Notes: generated by a model from the letters alone, not told the origin. 64,000 nt of DNA from Fusobacterium sp. (GCF_030528405.1 NZ_JAUMYY010000001.1:10840-74839), one strand, 5' to 3'. Counted from the first letter of the stretch, positions 10,635-22,173 are shown. Translations and numbers: made by a program.

Positions 10635-10650
10635 TAAAGGGGGAAAATTT

Positions 10651-11454
10651 ATGAAAGTTGATGTTAACAAACCTTTAGAAAATCCTTTATTGAAAGAATT
10701 ATTTAAGGATTTAAGAAAAGCTAAGGAAGATGATGAGTATGTAAAAATTTTTAATAAGCTGGCAGAAGAAATAGCTATGAAGGCTCATTTTTTATCTGTA
10801 ATTGAATTGACGGGCGAGCCAGAAGAAAAAAGTGATGGTAGTTTCGTACTGAAAGAAGGTACTGAAATGTCTTTTCCAATGCTAACTAATCAAGAAAACC
10901 AAGCTTTTTATCCAATTTTTATAGATTGGGAAGAACTTTATAAGTGGGAAGATTTAAAAAAAGAAAATTTAAAAACTGCTATTTTTAATTTTGATGATTA
11001 TTTGGCTATGATTTTTAGTAATAATGGAAGTCATGGTATAGTAATAAATCCTTTTAGTGATAATTTCGTATTAGATAAGGAAACTTTAAAAATTTGGAAA
11101 TCAATTAAAGAAGCTAGAATAAATGGTAAAAAATACAATATAGCAGAGGATACGAAAGTTATACTTGGGACACCTAGTGAATACCCAACAGAAATGGTTA
11201 ATAATTTAATAGAATATTCAAAGAAAGATAGTAGAGTAAATGCTATATGGCTTCGTCTAATGATGAAAGAAGAGGAGAAGATATATTTATTAGTTGTAGA
11301 TATTAATGGCGATAAAGATGAAGTATTTACAAAAATTGCAGGTGTAGTAACAGACTTTTTACCAAAGGGTTATTTTGCTGATATGGTGGAATTAAATAGT
11401 GATTTTGGAAAGAGAGCTACAGAAAATCAGGAGCCATTCTATAAGAAATCCTAG
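10651..11454 (+). CDS. SseB-family protein
   Basis: architecture and conserved blocks resemble the SseB N-terminal family (compare E. coli SseB); function unknown. Confidence 0.4.
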   Translation: MKVDVNKPLENPLLKELFKDLRKAKEDDEYVKIFNKLAEEIAMKAHFLSVIELTGEPEEKSDGSFVLKEGTEMSFPMLTNQENQAFYPIFIDWEELYKWEDLKKENLKTAIFNFDDYLAMIFSNNGSHGIVINPFSDNFVLDKETLKIWKSIKEARINGKKYNIAEDTKVILGTPSEYPTEMVNNLIEYSKKDSRVNAIWLRLMMKEEEKIYLLVVDINGDKDEVFTKIAGVVTDFLPKGYFADMVELNSDFGKRATENQEPFYKKS

Positions 11455-11532
11455 TAAATAAAAAAATTAAAAGCCCATCAAAAAAGTTTGAGAAGTAAAA
11501 ATTAATAAAATTTTATCTACCTAAGACTATTT

Positions 11533-11580
11533 AAAGACTGTTGTAAATTAAAAGTTAAAAAAGACAACGGTCTTTTTTAT
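11533..11580 (+). terminator. rho-independent terminator after the sseB-like gene
   Basis: AAGACTGTTGT...ACAACGGTCTT stem followed by TTTTTT. Confidence 0.55.
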
Positions 11581-11704
11581 TATAATAAAAATAGTCTAAA
11601 ATATTTTTATTTGTTGTAGAAAAATTTATTAGTTTTATAAAACTAGAGAAAATTAAATAAATTTGATACAATATAAAATATGAGAAAAGTTAGGAGTAGT
11701 AAAA

Positions 11705-12463
11705 ATGAAAATAATAGATTCGCATGTACACTTGGATAATAAGCAATTTGATGAAGATAGAGAAGAAGTTTTTAAAAGAATAAAGGAAAACTTAGATTTT
11801 GTTGTAAATATAGCCTATGATTTAGAGAGTAGTAAAATGGGGGTTGAATATTCAAATAAAAATGATTTTATCTATTGTACAGTTGGATATCATCCAGATG
11901 AAATAGAAGGTTACAGTGAAGAAAATGAAAAAAAATTAGAAGAACTTGCAAAAAATCCTAAAGTTTTGGCAATAGGTGAAATTGGACTTGATTATCATTG
12001 GATGACAAGACCTAAGGAAGAACAGTGGAAAATATTTAGAAGACAAATGGAACTTGCAAGGAGAACAAAAAAACCAGTTGTAATCCATACAAGAGAAGCA
12101 ATGCAAGATACAGTAAATATTTTAAATGAATTTCCTGATATAACAGGAATTTTACACTGTTATCCTGGCTCGGTAGAAACAGCAAAACAGATGATAGATA
12201 GGTATTATTTAGGAATAGGTGGAGTTTTAACTTTTAAAAATGCAAAGAAGTTAGTAGATGTAGTTAGAGAAATTCCATTAGAAAAAATAGTTATTGAAAC
12301 CGACTGTCCATATATGGCTCCAACACCTTATAGAGGGAAAAGAAATGAACCGATTTATACAATTGAAGTTGCAAAAAAAATTGCAGAAATAAAGGGTATA
12401 TCTTATGAGGAAGTTGTCAAAGTAACCAATGAAAATACAAGAAAGGCTTATAGAATGCTATGA
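11705..12463 (+). CDS. tatD: TatD-family metal-dependent DNase/hydrolase
   Basis: HVHLD N-terminus and TatD motifs (GEIGLDYHW, ETDCPY). Confidence 0.85.
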   Translation: MKIIDSHVHLDNKQFDEDREEVFKRIKENLDFVVNIAYDLESSKMGVEYSNKNDFIYCTVGYHPDEIEGYSEENEKKLEELAKNPKVLAIGEIGLDYHWMTRPKEEQWKIFRRQMELARRTKKPVVIHTREAMQDTVNILNEFPDITGILHCYPGSVETAKQMIDRYYLGIGGVLTFKNAKKLVDVVREIPLEKIVIETDCPYMAPTPYRGKRNEPIYTIEVAKKIAEIKGISYEEVVKVTNENTRKAYRML

Positions 12464-12834
12464 TTTATGGAATAGGTAATGACATAATAGAAATAGAAAG
12501 AATAAAAAAGGCCATATTAAAGGAAGGTTTTATAAGGAAAGTTTGTACCGAGAAAGAAATAGAAAATTTAAAAAAAAGAGGTAATAGAGAAGAAAGTTAT
12601 GCGGGGATATTTTCAGCTAAAGAAGCTATTGCTAAAGCTGTTGGACTTGGAGTTAGAAATTACTCATTGACAGATATGGAGATTTTAAATGATGATTTTG
12701 GAAAACCTTATGTTTTAATATCAGAAAAATTGGATAAAATTATAAGGGAAAGATTTGGAACTTATAATATAGAACTTTCTATATCGCATTCGAAGGAATA
12801 TGCAACTGCTATTGCTATTATTTTTAAAAGTTAA
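12460..12834 (+). CDS. acpS: holo-[acyl-carrier-protein] synthase
   Basis: GIGNDIIEIERI motif, 124 aa. Confidence 0.85.
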   Translation: MIYGIGNDIIEIERIKKAILKEGFIRKVCTEKEIENLKKRGNREESYAGIFSAKEAIAKAVGLGVRNYSLTDMEILNDDFGKPYVLISEKLDKIIRERFGTYNIELSISHSKEYATAIAIIFKS

Positions 12835-12851
12835 TTTTTATGGAGGATAAA

Positions 12852-13953
12852 ATGGATATATTAGAATTAAAAAGAGAGTATGATGAAATAAAAGATAAAA
12901 TTGAAAATATTAGGAGGTCTCTTTGACCTAGATAGGAGAAATCAAACTATTAAAGACTTGGAAGCTTTAACTATGGAAGACGGCTTTTGGGGAGATAAAA
13001 GAAAAAGTTCTGAAATAATAAAAAATATAAATTTTGAAAAAAATATAATTGAAAAATATAATTCTTTGGTTTCTGAAAGAGATGAAGAGGAAGTTTTAAT
13101 TGATTTTGTTGAAAGTGGAGAAGAAAGTTTTAAAGATGAACTTTTTCAAAAACATAAATTTTTAAAAAAAGATACAGAAAATTTTGAGATAGCTTTATTG
13201 CTAGATGGAGAATACGATGGAGTTTCTGCAATAGTTACTATACATTCAGGAGCAGGTGGAACGGAAGCCTGTGATTGGGCAGATATGCTGTATAGAATGT
13301 ATGCTAGGTGGTGTAATTCCAAAAATTATAAAGTTTCAGAACTTGATTACCTAGCTGGTGATGGAGCAGGTCTAAAATCTGTTACATTTTTAGTTGAAGG
13401 TATAAATGCATATGGTTATTTAAAAACAGAAAAAGGTGTACATAGACTTGTAAGAATTTCACCTTTTGATGCGAATAAAAAAAGACACACTTCTTTTGCT
13501 TCAGTGGAAGTAATGCCAGAGGTAAATGATGATGTAGAAGTTGAAATAAATCCAGCTGATATTAGAATAGATACTTATCGTGCAAGTGGTGCAGGAGGAC
13601 AACATGTTAATATGACTGATTCAGCAGTTAGAATAACACATTTTCCAACGGGTATAGTTGTAACTTGTCAAAAAGAGAGATCTCAACTTAATAATAGAGA
13701 AACTGCAATGAAACTTTTAAAATCTAAACTATTAGAAATTGAAATGAAAAAGAAAGAAGAAGAACTCAAAAAAATTCAAGGCGAACAAACGGATATAGGT
13801 TGGGGAAATCAAATAAGATCCTATGTATTTCAACCTTATGCTTTGGTTAAAGATCATCGTACAAATACAGAAATTGGAAATGTAAGAGCTGTTATGGATG
13901 GGGATATTGATGAATTTATAAATTCCTATCTAAGATTTTTAAAACAGAAGTAA
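12852..13953 (+). CDS. prfB: peptide chain release factor 2, translated with a programmed +1 frameshift at CTT TGA C
   Basis: frame-0 ORF from ATG 12852 ends at an in-frame TGA at 12924-12926 inside the canonical CUU UGA C site, preceded by an internal SD AGGAGG; the +1 frame continues through the GGQ motif (GAGGQHVNMTDSAVRITH). Confidence 0.9.
12921..12927 (+). promoter_or_regulatory. prfB autoregulatory +1 frameshift site (CTTTGAC)
   Basis: CTT-TGA-C with an SD-like AGGAGG 3 nt upstream. Confidence 0.85.
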
Positions 13954-14002
13954 ATATTTTTATTTAAAATTTTATAAAAATCTGATATTATATAGAAAGG
14001 TT

Positions 14003-14079
14003 GCTTCCATAGCTCAATTGGATAGAGCATCTGACTTCGGATCAGAGGGTTGTGGGTTCGATCCCTGCTGGGAGCGCCA
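14003..14079 (+). tRNA. tRNA-Arg (anticodon TCG), 77 nt with encoded CCA
   Basis: hand-folded cloverleaf: acceptor GCTTCCA/TGGGAGC, D-arm GCTC-AATTGGATA-GAGC, anticodon stem TCTGA/TCAGA with loop CTTCGGA, T-loop TTCGATC, 3' CCA. Confidence 0.7.
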
Positions 14080-14110
14080 TAAATTATAGAATTTATTTTA
14101 TAAATTATAG

Positions 14111-14148
14111 AAGGAACTACCAATTATTTTATGATAGTTCCTTTTTCT
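14111..14148. terminator. hairpin plus T-run terminator after the tRNA, possibly bidirectional
   Basis: AAGGAACTA...TAGTTCCTTTTT. Confidence 0.55.
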
Positions 14149-14158
14149 ATTTCAATAT

Positions 14159-14440
14159 CTATTTAATTTTTTTCTTTTGGATTGGCTCAGCAGGGAGATT
14201 TTTTTCCTCAAGTTTAGTATTTTTTTCTTTATCCATATTATTTAAATTTTCTGTGTCAACATTTGCTTTCTCTTCTTTTTTTTCATTAGATTTAAAATCG
14301 CTAAAATCACCATGGAGAATACGTTGAGTAGTTCCAAGTATGCCACCTCTATTAGCTGCAGTTGGTATAGGTGAAAAAGAAGAAGCAGAACAAGAACTTA
14401 ACAGTAAAACAGAAATAAAGAATAAAAATATTTTTTTCAT
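14159..14440 (-). CDS. small lipoprotein
   Basis: signal peptide with lipobox LLSSC, 93 aa, Lys/Glu-rich tail. Confidence 0.5.
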   Translation of the reverse strand: MKKIFLFFISVLLLSSCSASSFSPIPTAANRGGILGTTQRILHGDFSDFKSNEKKEEKANVDTENLNNMDKEKNTKLEEKNLPAEPIQKKKIK

Positions 14441-14459
14441 AAAACCACCTTTTTAATTA

Positions 14460-14834
14460 TTACATAGACTTGATTTTTTCAATAGCTTGATTAAAAGCAT
14501 CTATAAATCCTTCAGATGTATAAGAGGCACCAGCTATCGTGTCAAGTTCAAATCTTTGAGTGCTTAGAACGATATCTTTTAATTTTGCTATAGCAGGGTC
14601 TGCAATAGCTTCAGTATCTTCATGACTAGCATTGATTTCAGTTACCCTTATTTCACCATTTCTTTTTTTGTAAGCTTTAATATCAAGATTGATATCTCCA
14701 TTAAAACCTTCAGAAGAAGCACTTGCTTCTAAAATTGTGGGTTTAAATTTATCTTCAAAAGCAAGAGCAACTAAACCAAGCATAATAAAGACTACTACCA
14801 GCCATTCTCTAACTCCTAAGTTTTTAAAATTCAT
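14460..14834 (-). CDS. membrane-anchored FMN-binding domain protein
   Basis: N-terminal TM helix plus FMN_bind-like motifs (GFNGDI...GASYTSEGFIDAFNQAI), as in the RnfG/NqrC domain family. Confidence 0.55.
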   Translation of the reverse strand: MNFKNLGVREWLVVVFIMLGLVALAFEDKFKPTILEASASSEGFNGDINLDIKAYKKRNGEIRVTEINASHEDTEAIADPAIAKLKDIVLSTQRFELDTIAGASYTSEGFIDAFNQAIEKIKSM

Positions 14835-14861
14835 ATACTCTCCTTAAAAATTTAATATTTT

Positions 14862-16058
14862 TTATTTATTTGAAATGGCATCTATACCAGGTAAAACCTT
14901 CCCTTCAAGAAATTCTAAAGAAGCTCCTCCACCAGTTGAGATGTGGCTAAATTTATCTGCATAACCTAAGCTAATTGCAGCAGCAGCAGAATCTCCACCA
15001 CCAATTACTGTTAAAGAATTTTCAAGCTTAGCAATAGCATCACATACTCCTATAGTTCCTTTTGCAAAGTTAGGCATTTCAAAAACTCCCATTGGCCCAT
15101 TCCAAACAACTGTTTTAGCAGAACTAATGTATTCATTAAATAGTTTAACAGATTGTATTCCAATGTCAAGTCCCATTTTATTATTTGGAATTTCATCAAT
15201 ATTGACTGTTGAAAAAACAGAATCATTTTTAAATTCTTCTGAAACAACAGTGTCAACTGGTAAGATAATTTTTCCATTAGCTTTATCCAATAAGGATTTT
15301 GCAAGTTCTAGTTTATCATCTTCAACTAGAGAAGTTCCTATGCTTTTTCCTTGTGCTTTTAGAAAAGTAAACATCATAGCTCCACCAATTAAAATTTTGT
15401 CAGCTTTAAGTAAAAGGTTTTCAATTACACCAATTTTATCAGAAACTTTAGCTCCACCTAAAATAGCAACAAGAGGTCTTTGTGGATTATCAAGAGCTTC
15501 ACCTAAGAATTTTAATTCTTTTTCTACTAAAAATCCTACAGCAGAATTTTCAATTCCGATGTTTTGAGCTATTCCAACATTTGATGCATGTGCTCTATGA
15601 GCAGTTCCAAAGGCATCATTTATGAATATATCTCCTAAAGATGCCCAATATTTTCCAAGCTCAACATCATTTTTAGACTCTTTTTTTCCGTCTATATCTT
15701 CAAACCTAGTATTTTCAAACATTAATATTTCACCAGCTTTTAAAGCAGAAACTGCTTCTTCTAGCTCAGCCCCCCTTGTTGTAGGAATAAATTTAACTTC
15801 TTTATTTAGAAGTTCAGAAAGTCTTGTGGCAACAGCTCTTAAACTTTTGTTTGCTTTATCTTCCGCTGTTTTAATTTTTCCTAAGTGTGAAAATGCTATA
15901 ATTTTTGCTCCATTTTCAAGTGCATATTTTATAGTAGGAAGAGCGGCAACAATTCTATTTTCATCACTTATTTTTCCATCTTTCATAGGAACATTAAAGT
16001 CAAGTCTCATCAAAACTTTTTTATCTTTTAAATTTAAATCAGTAATTATTTTTTTCAT
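14862..16058 (-). CDS. pgk: phosphoglycerate kinase
   Basis: full-length PGK with conserved motifs (RLDFNVP, GGGASLE). Confidence 0.9.
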   Translation of the reverse strand: MKKIITDLNLKDKKVLMRLDFNVPMKDGKISDENRIVAALPTIKYALENGAKIIAFSHLGKIKTAEDKANKSLRAVATRLSELLNKEVKFIPTTRGAELEEAVSALKAGEILMFENTRFEDIDGKKESKNDVELGKYWASLGDIFINDAFGTAHRAHASNVGIAQNIGIENSAVGFLVEKELKFLGEALDNPQRPLVAILGGAKVSDKIGVIENLLLKADKILIGGAMMFTFLKAQGKSIGTSLVEDDKLELAKSLLDKANGKIILPVDTVVSEEFKNDSVFSTVNIDEIPNNKMGLDIGIQSVKLFNEYISSAKTVVWNGPMGVFEMPNFAKGTIGVCDAIAKLENSLTVIGGGDSAAAAISLGYADKFSHISTGGGASLEFLEGKVLPGIDAISNK

Positions 16059-16070
16059 TTTTAGTCTCCC

Positions 16071-16688
16071 TTAAAATTTATTGAAAAAATTATCCATTTC
16101 TTTTTTCATTTCTTCCATTTTTCTAGTCATTAGTTTATTAGCTTCTTCAAATTCTTTTTTCATTTCTTCCATTATAATTTCTTTTGAACTACTTAATTTT
16201 AAGTGAGTTTTCATATTCTTTTTTAAGTTTTCAACCTTTATGAAAACTTCATTGGGTATTTTATCTCCATCATAACTTTTGTTATCTGGAGCTATATATC
16301 TAACTAATTTTTGTTCATTATCAAAGTAGTATTTATGTTCTTCTTTCTCTATTTTCATAGTATTTTTATTGTTATTATCAAAAGAATACTTTATCTTTTC
16401 AGTAGAGATATAACTAATTTTATCGTCCTTCAAATAGAATTTTTCATAAGTTTCTGTATTATTTTCGTAAGTACCTAAAGTAGCTATTTTTATATTATTA
16501 TTTTGGATAAAGTCATAAGTTGTATAAGTTCCTGTTTTTAGAGTATTCTCTATTTTAAGATTTTTATTAGAATCCATAATTTCAAAATCTTTCTTTATAT
16601 CAGATACAATTTTGTTGACATCAACTTCAGCAAAAGCATTTACTGTAAATAAAAAAATTAAAATTATAAAGCTATATATCTTTCTCAT
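16071..16688 (-). CDS. secreted protein of unknown function
   Basis: cleavable signal peptide (FTVNAFA) and internally repeated YxFDN motifs. Confidence 0.4.
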   Translation of the reverse strand: MRKIYSFIILIFLFTVNAFAEVDVNKIVSDIKKDFEIMDSNKNLKIENTLKTGTYTTYDFIQNNNIKIATLGTYENNTETYEKFYLKDDKISYISTEKIKYSFDNNNKNTMKIEKEEHKYYFDNEQKLVRYIAPDNKSYDGDKIPNEVFIKVENLKKNMKTHLKLSSSKEIIMEEMKKEFEEANKLMTRKMEEMKKEMDNFFNKF

Positions 16689-16846
16689 TTTACTACCTCC
16701 AATATAAAATATTAAAAAAGGTTGTTACAATATTTTAATGATTAAATAAGTTTTAATATTTAGTTTAAATAATAAAATAAACTATGGTAAAAAACCTATA
16801 AATCAAATTTGTAACAACCCCCTTAAAGTGTTTTTAGTTATAAATC

Positions 16847-17854
16847 TTATTTAGAAAGTTCAACGAATTTTTTTAAAGTTCTTATAAGTTGAGATGTATA
16901 TGACATTTCATTATCATACCATGCAACTGTCTTAACTAATTGTTTGTCGCCAGCATCTATAATAGTAGTTTGTGTAGCATCAAATAGAGAACCATAATCA
17001 ATTCCTATGATATCACTTGATACTAATTCTTCTTCTGTGTAGCCAAATGATTCATTAGCAGCAGCTTTCATCGCTGCGTTAACTTCTTCAACAGTAACTT
17101 TCTTTTCTAAGATTGTAGTAAGTTCAGTAACAGAACCAGTTATTACAGGAACTCTTTGAGCAGAACCGTTTAATTTTCCTTTCAATTCAGGTATAACAAG
17201 ACCTATAGCCTTTGCAGCTCCAGTTGAGTTTGGAACTATATTTTCAGCAGCAGCTCTAGCTCTTCTCAAATCTCCTTTTTTATGAGGAGAATCTAATGTA
17301 TTTTGATCATTTGTATAGGCATGTATAGTTGTCATAAGACCACCTATAATACCGAATTTATCATTTAAAACCTTAGCCATAGGAGCTAAGCAATTAGTTG
17401 TACAAGATGCTCCAGAAATTATAGTTTCACTTCCATCTAAAGTATCGTGATTTACATTGTAAACTATAGTTTTTAAATCACCTGTAGCTGGTGCAGAAAT
17501 TACAACTTTCTTTGCTCCTGCTGCAATATGTGCCTCAGCTTTTTCCTTAGTTGTAAAGAAGCCAGTACATTCCAAAACAACATCTACATCTAGTTCTTTC
17601 CAAGGTAATTCAGCTGGATTAGCTTTAGCAAAAACTTTTATCTTATCTCCATTAACTACAAATCCTTCTTCATCAACCTCAATAGTCCCATTAAACCTTC
17701 CTTGTGCAGAGTCGTATTTTAAAAGATGAGCAAGAGTTTTTGCATCTGTTAAATCATTTATAGCAACAATATCAAAGTCTTTATTTTCACTCATAACTCT
17801 TAAAGCTAATCTTCCTATTCTTCCAAATCCATTAATAGCTACTTTTACTGCCAT
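16847..17854 (-). CDS. gap: glyceraldehyde-3-phosphate dehydrogenase
   Basis: NGFGRIGR Rossmann motif and catalytic SCTTNC. Confidence 0.95.
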   Translation of the reverse strand: MAVKVAINGFGRIGRLALRVMSENKDFDIVAINDLTDAKTLAHLLKYDSAQGRFNGTIEVDEEGFVVNGDKIKVFAKANPAELPWKELDVDVVLECTGFFTTKEKAEAHIAAGAKKVVISAPATGDLKTIVYNVNHDTLDGSETIISGASCTTNCLAPMAKVLNDKFGIIGGLMTTIHAYTNDQNTLDSPHKKGDLRRARAAAENIVPNSTGAAKAIGLVIPELKGKLNGSAQRVPVITGSVTELTTILEKKVTVEEVNAAMKAAANESFGYTEEELVSSDIIGIDYGSLFDATQTTIIDAGDKQLVKTVAWYDNEMSYTSQLIRTLKKFVELSK

Positions 17855-18034
17855 TTTAACCTCCTAAAAATTTATAAAAATAAAATATATTTAAAACTTT
17901 GTTCTATATTTAAATATATACTTTTTTTAAACATATGTCAAATTTTGACTGCTTATAATTTTATCATAATATTGATTATTTTTTTAACATAAAAACAACT
18001 AAAAAATATGAAAATGTTGCATTGAAAGGGATTT

Positions 18035-18913
18035 TTATTTGATTAATCTTTTCATATCTTCTGGCAAATCAATTTCTATTTTTATAATTTCATTGTCTCT
18101 TGGATTTTTAAATTCTAATTTATAGGCATGTAGCATTTGCCTTCTAGCTAGTTTCATATTTCCACCATAAAGCTCATCACCTAGTAAAGTATGCCCAGTT
18201 AAAGAGAGGTGAGCTCTTATCTGATGAGTTCTTCCTGTTAAAAGTTTAGCTTCAATAAGAGTAAAGTTTTTATTCTCAAATCTTTTTATCACTTTAATTT
18301 CCGTTTGTGCTGACTGACCACCATTTTCAGGTTCTAATTTTACTCTTCTCAGTTCATCACCAATTTTTCCAATAGGTATATCTATAAGAAAATTATCTTT
18401 TTCAACTATTCCATCAACAAGTGCCATATAAGCTTTTTTAACTTCTGTTTTTTCTTGTAAGAAAGCTTGAGAATAGGCATTTTTAGTTACAATTATTAAT
18501 CCAGATGTATTCATATCCAGACGATTATAGAATCTAGGTACTAAAGTTTTACCCATAGTTTTTTCAAAATAGTTTACAATAGCATTTGCAAGAGTCTTAT
18601 CAACTTTTTTTTGTGTGGGATGAACTATAATGTATGGCTCTTTATTTACAATTAGAAAATTTTCATCTTCATAGGCGATTTCTATTGGAATATCCATAGC
18701 CTTTATACCTGTTGACTTCTCTTTTTCAATAATAACTATTCTATTTAATTTTTTAATTTTTTTAGCATTATTTTTAATTTTTTTTCCGTTTAAATAAATT
18801 TCTAAATTTCTTAAACCTCTACTTGAGAAGCCTTTAGTTTCTTTTAAATAAGTTCCTATTTCATAGCCATCAAATTCATGTTCTACTATATATTTTTTCA
18901 TTTTATTCCTCAT
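18035..18913 (-). CDS. RluA/RluD-family pseudouridine synthase
   Basis: N-terminal S4-like region and HQIRAHL catalytic motif. Confidence 0.75.
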   Translation of the reverse strand: MRNKMKKYIVEHEFDGYEIGTYLKETKGFSSRGLRNLEIYLNGKKIKNNAKKIKKLNRIVIIEKEKSTGIKAMDIPIEIAYEDENFLIVNKEPYIIVHPTQKKVDKTLANAIVNYFEKTMGKTLVPRFYNRLDMNTSGLIIVTKNAYSQAFLQEKTEVKKAYMALVDGIVEKDNFLIDIPIGKIGDELRRVKLEPENGGQSAQTEIKVIKRFENKNFTLIEAKLLTGRTHQIRAHLSLTGHTLLGDELYGGNMKLARRQMLHAYKLEFKNPRDNEIIKIEIDLPEDMKRLIK

Positions 18914-19120
18914 TTTTTAGTTTATTAATAAAATTATAACATAGAAAAGAGAAAATTTTATAAAATAAATTGTTTAAAAATATGTTTTATAAAATATAAA
19001 TTTTTTTTTATAAAAAAATTTTTTAAAACGATAAAAATACAGAAAATAAAACTTATATATTTATAATATAAATGTCAGAAATAAAAACTATAAAATTTTA
19101 TTATGAAGGAGATGATTTTA

Positions 19121-20545
19121 ATGGAAGGTAGAGAAAAGTTAAAACAACCACCTCTATGGTTATGCTTAAGTATTGTTATTTTTTTAGTAGTGTCATTTTT
19201 GCTGCAATTAATAGTAAAAGGCGAACCAGATGTACATATGACTTTATTTTTCTCCTCAGTTTTTGCATCAGCTATGCTTATTATCTTCAATAAAAACAAA
19301 TTTGAACTAATAGAAGAGGGGATTATACATGGCTGTAAGATTGCAACAATATCCATGATGATACTTATGTTTATTGGAGTTATGATTCCAGCTTGGATAG
19401 CAGCAGGAACTATTCCTACTTTAATTTATTATGGTTTAAAATTAATATCTCCATCAATTTTTTTAGTAACAGCTACTCTCACTTGTGCAATAGCAACATT
19501 ATGTACAGGGACCTCTTGGGGAACAGCAGCAACATTTGGTGTTGCACTTATGGGAATTGGTGGTGGATTAGGAATTTCGCCTGGAATGACAGCAGCAGCA
19601 GTAATATGTGGAGCAATTTTTGGGGATAAGATGTCACCGATATCTGATACAGTAAATCTTTCAGCTGGAACTTGTGAAGTAAATATATTTGATAATATAA
19701 AAAGTGTTGCAACAGCTACTGTTCCAGGATTTATTATCACAATTGTAGTATTTATTTTTTTAGATCTAAAATTTAATTCAGGAGAAATTCGCAGTCAAGC
19801 AGTGGATGGAATGTTAAATGTTTTATCAGATAATTTTAATTTAAGTCCTATTAATGCCATAATTAGTTTATTGCCTATGATTTTAGTTTTAGTATTAGCC
19901 TTAAGAAAGGTAAATGCCTTGGCTACAATTGTTGTTTCAGCAATAGTAGCTATGTTTATAGCAGTGATATTACAAAAATACTCAATTATAGATATGATGA
20001 GCTATATGAATTATGGCTTTAAAATTGACACTGGAAATTTTGATGTTGATAAATTGTTAAATCGTGGTGGCTTACAATCAATGATGTGGACAGTATCAAT
20101 AGGATACTTAGGTTTATCTTATGGGGGAATATTAGAAAAAACTGGAGTTTTAAATACTTTATTATATAGTGTACAAACTATAACAAAAAATAGTAGAAAT
20201 TTAATTTTAACTCATATAGCAACAGGCTTTTTGACTATAATGCTTTCAGCAAGTCCATATGTTTCTATATTAATTCCAGGAAGAATGTTTATTGGAGGAT
20301 ATGAAAGATTGGGGATAAAAAAATCAGTGGCTTCAAGAACTTGTGAGCATTCAGGAATATGTTTAGATCCTCTATTACCTTGGTCATTAGGAGCAGTTTA
20401 TTTCTCTGGTGTTTTAGGAGTAAAAACAATAGATTATGCTGTTTATTGCGTTTTGTTATATGTTGTTCCTTTGATAGCAGCTTTCTATGCTTTAACAGGA
20501 ATATTTGTTTGGAAAGAAAATCCTAAGAAAGAGGTGAATGTTTAA
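19121..20545 (+). CDS. NhaC-family Na+/H+ antiporter or related transporter
   Basis: polytopic membrane protein with NhaC-family signature; start ATG 19121 preferred, with SD AAGGAG. Confidence 0.7.
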   Translation: MEGREKLKQPPLWLCLSIVIFLVVSFLLQLIVKGEPDVHMTLFFSSVFASAMLIIFNKNKFELIEEGIIHGCKIATISMMILMFIGVMIPAWIAAGTIPTLIYYGLKLISPSIFLVTATLTCAIATLCTGTSWGTAATFGVALMGIGGGLGISPGMTAAAVICGAIFGDKMSPISDTVNLSAGTCEVNIFDNIKSVATATVPGFIITIVVFIFLDLKFNSGEIRSQAVDGMLNVLSDNFNLSPINAIISLLPMILVLVLALRKVNALATIVVSAIVAMFIAVILQKYSIIDMMSYMNYGFKIDTGNFDVDKLLNRGGLQSMMWTVSIGYLGLSYGGILEKTGVLNTLLYSVQTITKNSRNLILTHIATGFLTIMLSASPYVSILIPGRMFIGGYERLGIKKSVASRTCEHSGICLDPLLPWSLGAVYFSGVLGVKTIDYAVYCVLLYVVPLIAAFYALTGIFVWKENPKKEVNV

Positions 20546-22173
20546 TGCTAGATAAGTTATTTATAAATGGAAAAATATATTCCATGAGAAATGAAAAAGA
20601 AAAATTTGAAGCTTTAGGAATAAAAGACGGAAAAATTATTTTTCTAGGAACAGATGAAGAAGCGAAAAAATTAAATTCAAAAGAATTAATAGATTTAAAG
20701 GGAAAGATGATGATTCCAGGTATGGCAGATTCTCATTTGCATTTATATGCCTATTGTCAAAATTTGACATTTGTTGATTTATCAGAAGTTTATAGTATAG
20801 ATGAAATGATTAATTTAATGAAAGAAAAAGTTAAAAATGTAAAAAAAGGAGATTGGATTAAAGGTGTAAATTTTGACCAAAATAAATGGAAAGAAAATAG
20901 GTTTCCAAGCTTAAAAGAAATGGATTCAATTAGTAAAGAAAATCCAATTATTATAAAAAGATGTTGTCTTCACGCTGTTGTTGCTAATTCTAAGGCATTA
21001 GAAATAGTGGGAATTGGTAAAAATTATCAAGCAGGAAGTGGTGGAATTGTTGAATTAGATAATAATGGAATGCCAAACGGAATCTTAAGAGAACAAAGCA
21101 CAAAAGTTTTCGATGATATCTTGCCTGATCCTTTAAAAGACACAGATATAAAGGTAAAAATTATGCAAGATGTTTTAAATGATATGTCTAGTAAAGGAAT
21201 CACAACCATTCATACCTATGCGGCAAAAATATGGCAATACAATGAAGACATAGAAATTTATAAGAACTTTGAAAAAGAAGATAAATTACCTCTTAGAATT
21301 ACAGTTTGTATTGACGAATTATTTGAACCAGAAGTTTTAACAGAAGAGAAATTAAATAATCCTTATAGAAAAGTTCAATTGGGAGCTTATAAAATATTTT
21401 CAGATGGTTCAATGGGTTCAAGGTCAGCAGCATTAAAAGAGCCTTATAGTGATGATCCAGAAAATAGTGGATTTATGTTATTTACACAGGAAGAACTAAA
21501 TAATAAAATATTGACGGGTTATGAACACGGACTACAACCTGCAATACATGCAATAGGAGATAGAGCTTTGGATATGACTTTAACTGCTATTGAATATACA
21601 TTAAAAACAACAAAAGAAAAGGGAATGACTGAAGAAGAACAGAAGAAAAGACTACCTTTTAGAATAATTCATGTTCAGATGGTAGATAAAAATTTAGTAG
21701 ATAGAATGAAAAAATTACCTTTAGTTTTAGATATACAACCTATATTTCTATGTACAGATTTACATTGGATAGAGGATAGAATAGGAAAGGAAAGATTAAA
21801 AGGTTCCTTTGCTCTAAAAACTATGGAACAAGCTGGATTAATACAAACTGGTGGTTCTGATTGCCCTGTTGAAACTTATGAACCATTGAAAGGTATTTAT
21901 GCAGCTGTTAACAGGCAAGATATGAATGAATACCCAAAAGAAGGATTTTTACCAGAAGAAAGGTTAAGTGTGTTTGAAGCTCTGTGTATGTATACAAAAA
22001 ATGTTCATTACGCAACTGGTCAGGAGACTGTATTAGGTACCTTAGAAATTGGGAAATTTGCAGATCTAGTTGTATTAGAAAAAGATTTGTTTACAATAAA
22101 TATGAATGAGATAAAAGATATAAAAGTAGAACAAACTTATGTAGCAGGAAATTGTGTTTTTATGATAAAATAA
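20545..22173 (+). CDS. Amidohydro_3 (YtcJ-like) metal-dependent amidohydrolase, paralog 1
   Basis: HxH metal motif (DSHLHLY), AIGDRA and GGSDCPVE motifs. Confidence 0.75.
   Translation: MLDKLFINGKIYSMRNEKEKFEALGIKDGKIIFLGTDEEAKKLNSKELIDLKGKMMIPGMADSHLHLYAYCQNLTFVDLSEVYSIDEMINLMKEKVKNVKKGDWIKGVNFDQNKWKENRFPSLKEMDSISKENPIIIKRCCLHAVVANSKALEIVGIGKNYQAGSGGIVELDNNGMPNGILREQSTKVFDDILPDPLKDTDIKVKIMQDVLNDMSSKGITTIHTYAAKIWQYNEDIEIYKNFEKEDKLPLRITVCIDELFEPEVLTEEKLNNPYRKVQLGAYKIFSDGSMGSRSAALKEPYSDDPENSGFMLFTQEELNNKILTGYEHGLQPAIHAIGDRALDMTLTAIEYTLKTTKEKGMTEEEQKKRLPFRIIHVQMVDKNLVDRMKKLPLVLDIQPIFLCTDLHWIEDRIGKERLKGSFALKTMEQAGLIQTGGSDCPVETYEPLKGIYAAVNRQDMNEYPKEGFLPEERLSVFEALCMYTKNVHYATGQETVLGTLEIGKFADLVVLEKDLFTINMNEIKDIKVEQTYVAGNCVFMIK

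Noticed and set aside
14052-14327. 91-aa ORF beginning inside the tRNA
   Set aside because: It starts at a GTG within the tRNA T-arm and runs antisense to the lipoprotein gene, so it is an artefact.
15127-16074. Two plus-strand ORFs (146 and 150 aa) overlapping pgk on the opposite strand
   Set aside because: They are Ser/Phe-rich antisense translations of pgk, not independent genes.
19075-19740. Short ORFs on both strands overlapping the 5' part of the NhaC gene
   Set aside because: They are alternative-frame or antisense products of a membrane-protein gene, and none has an RBS.
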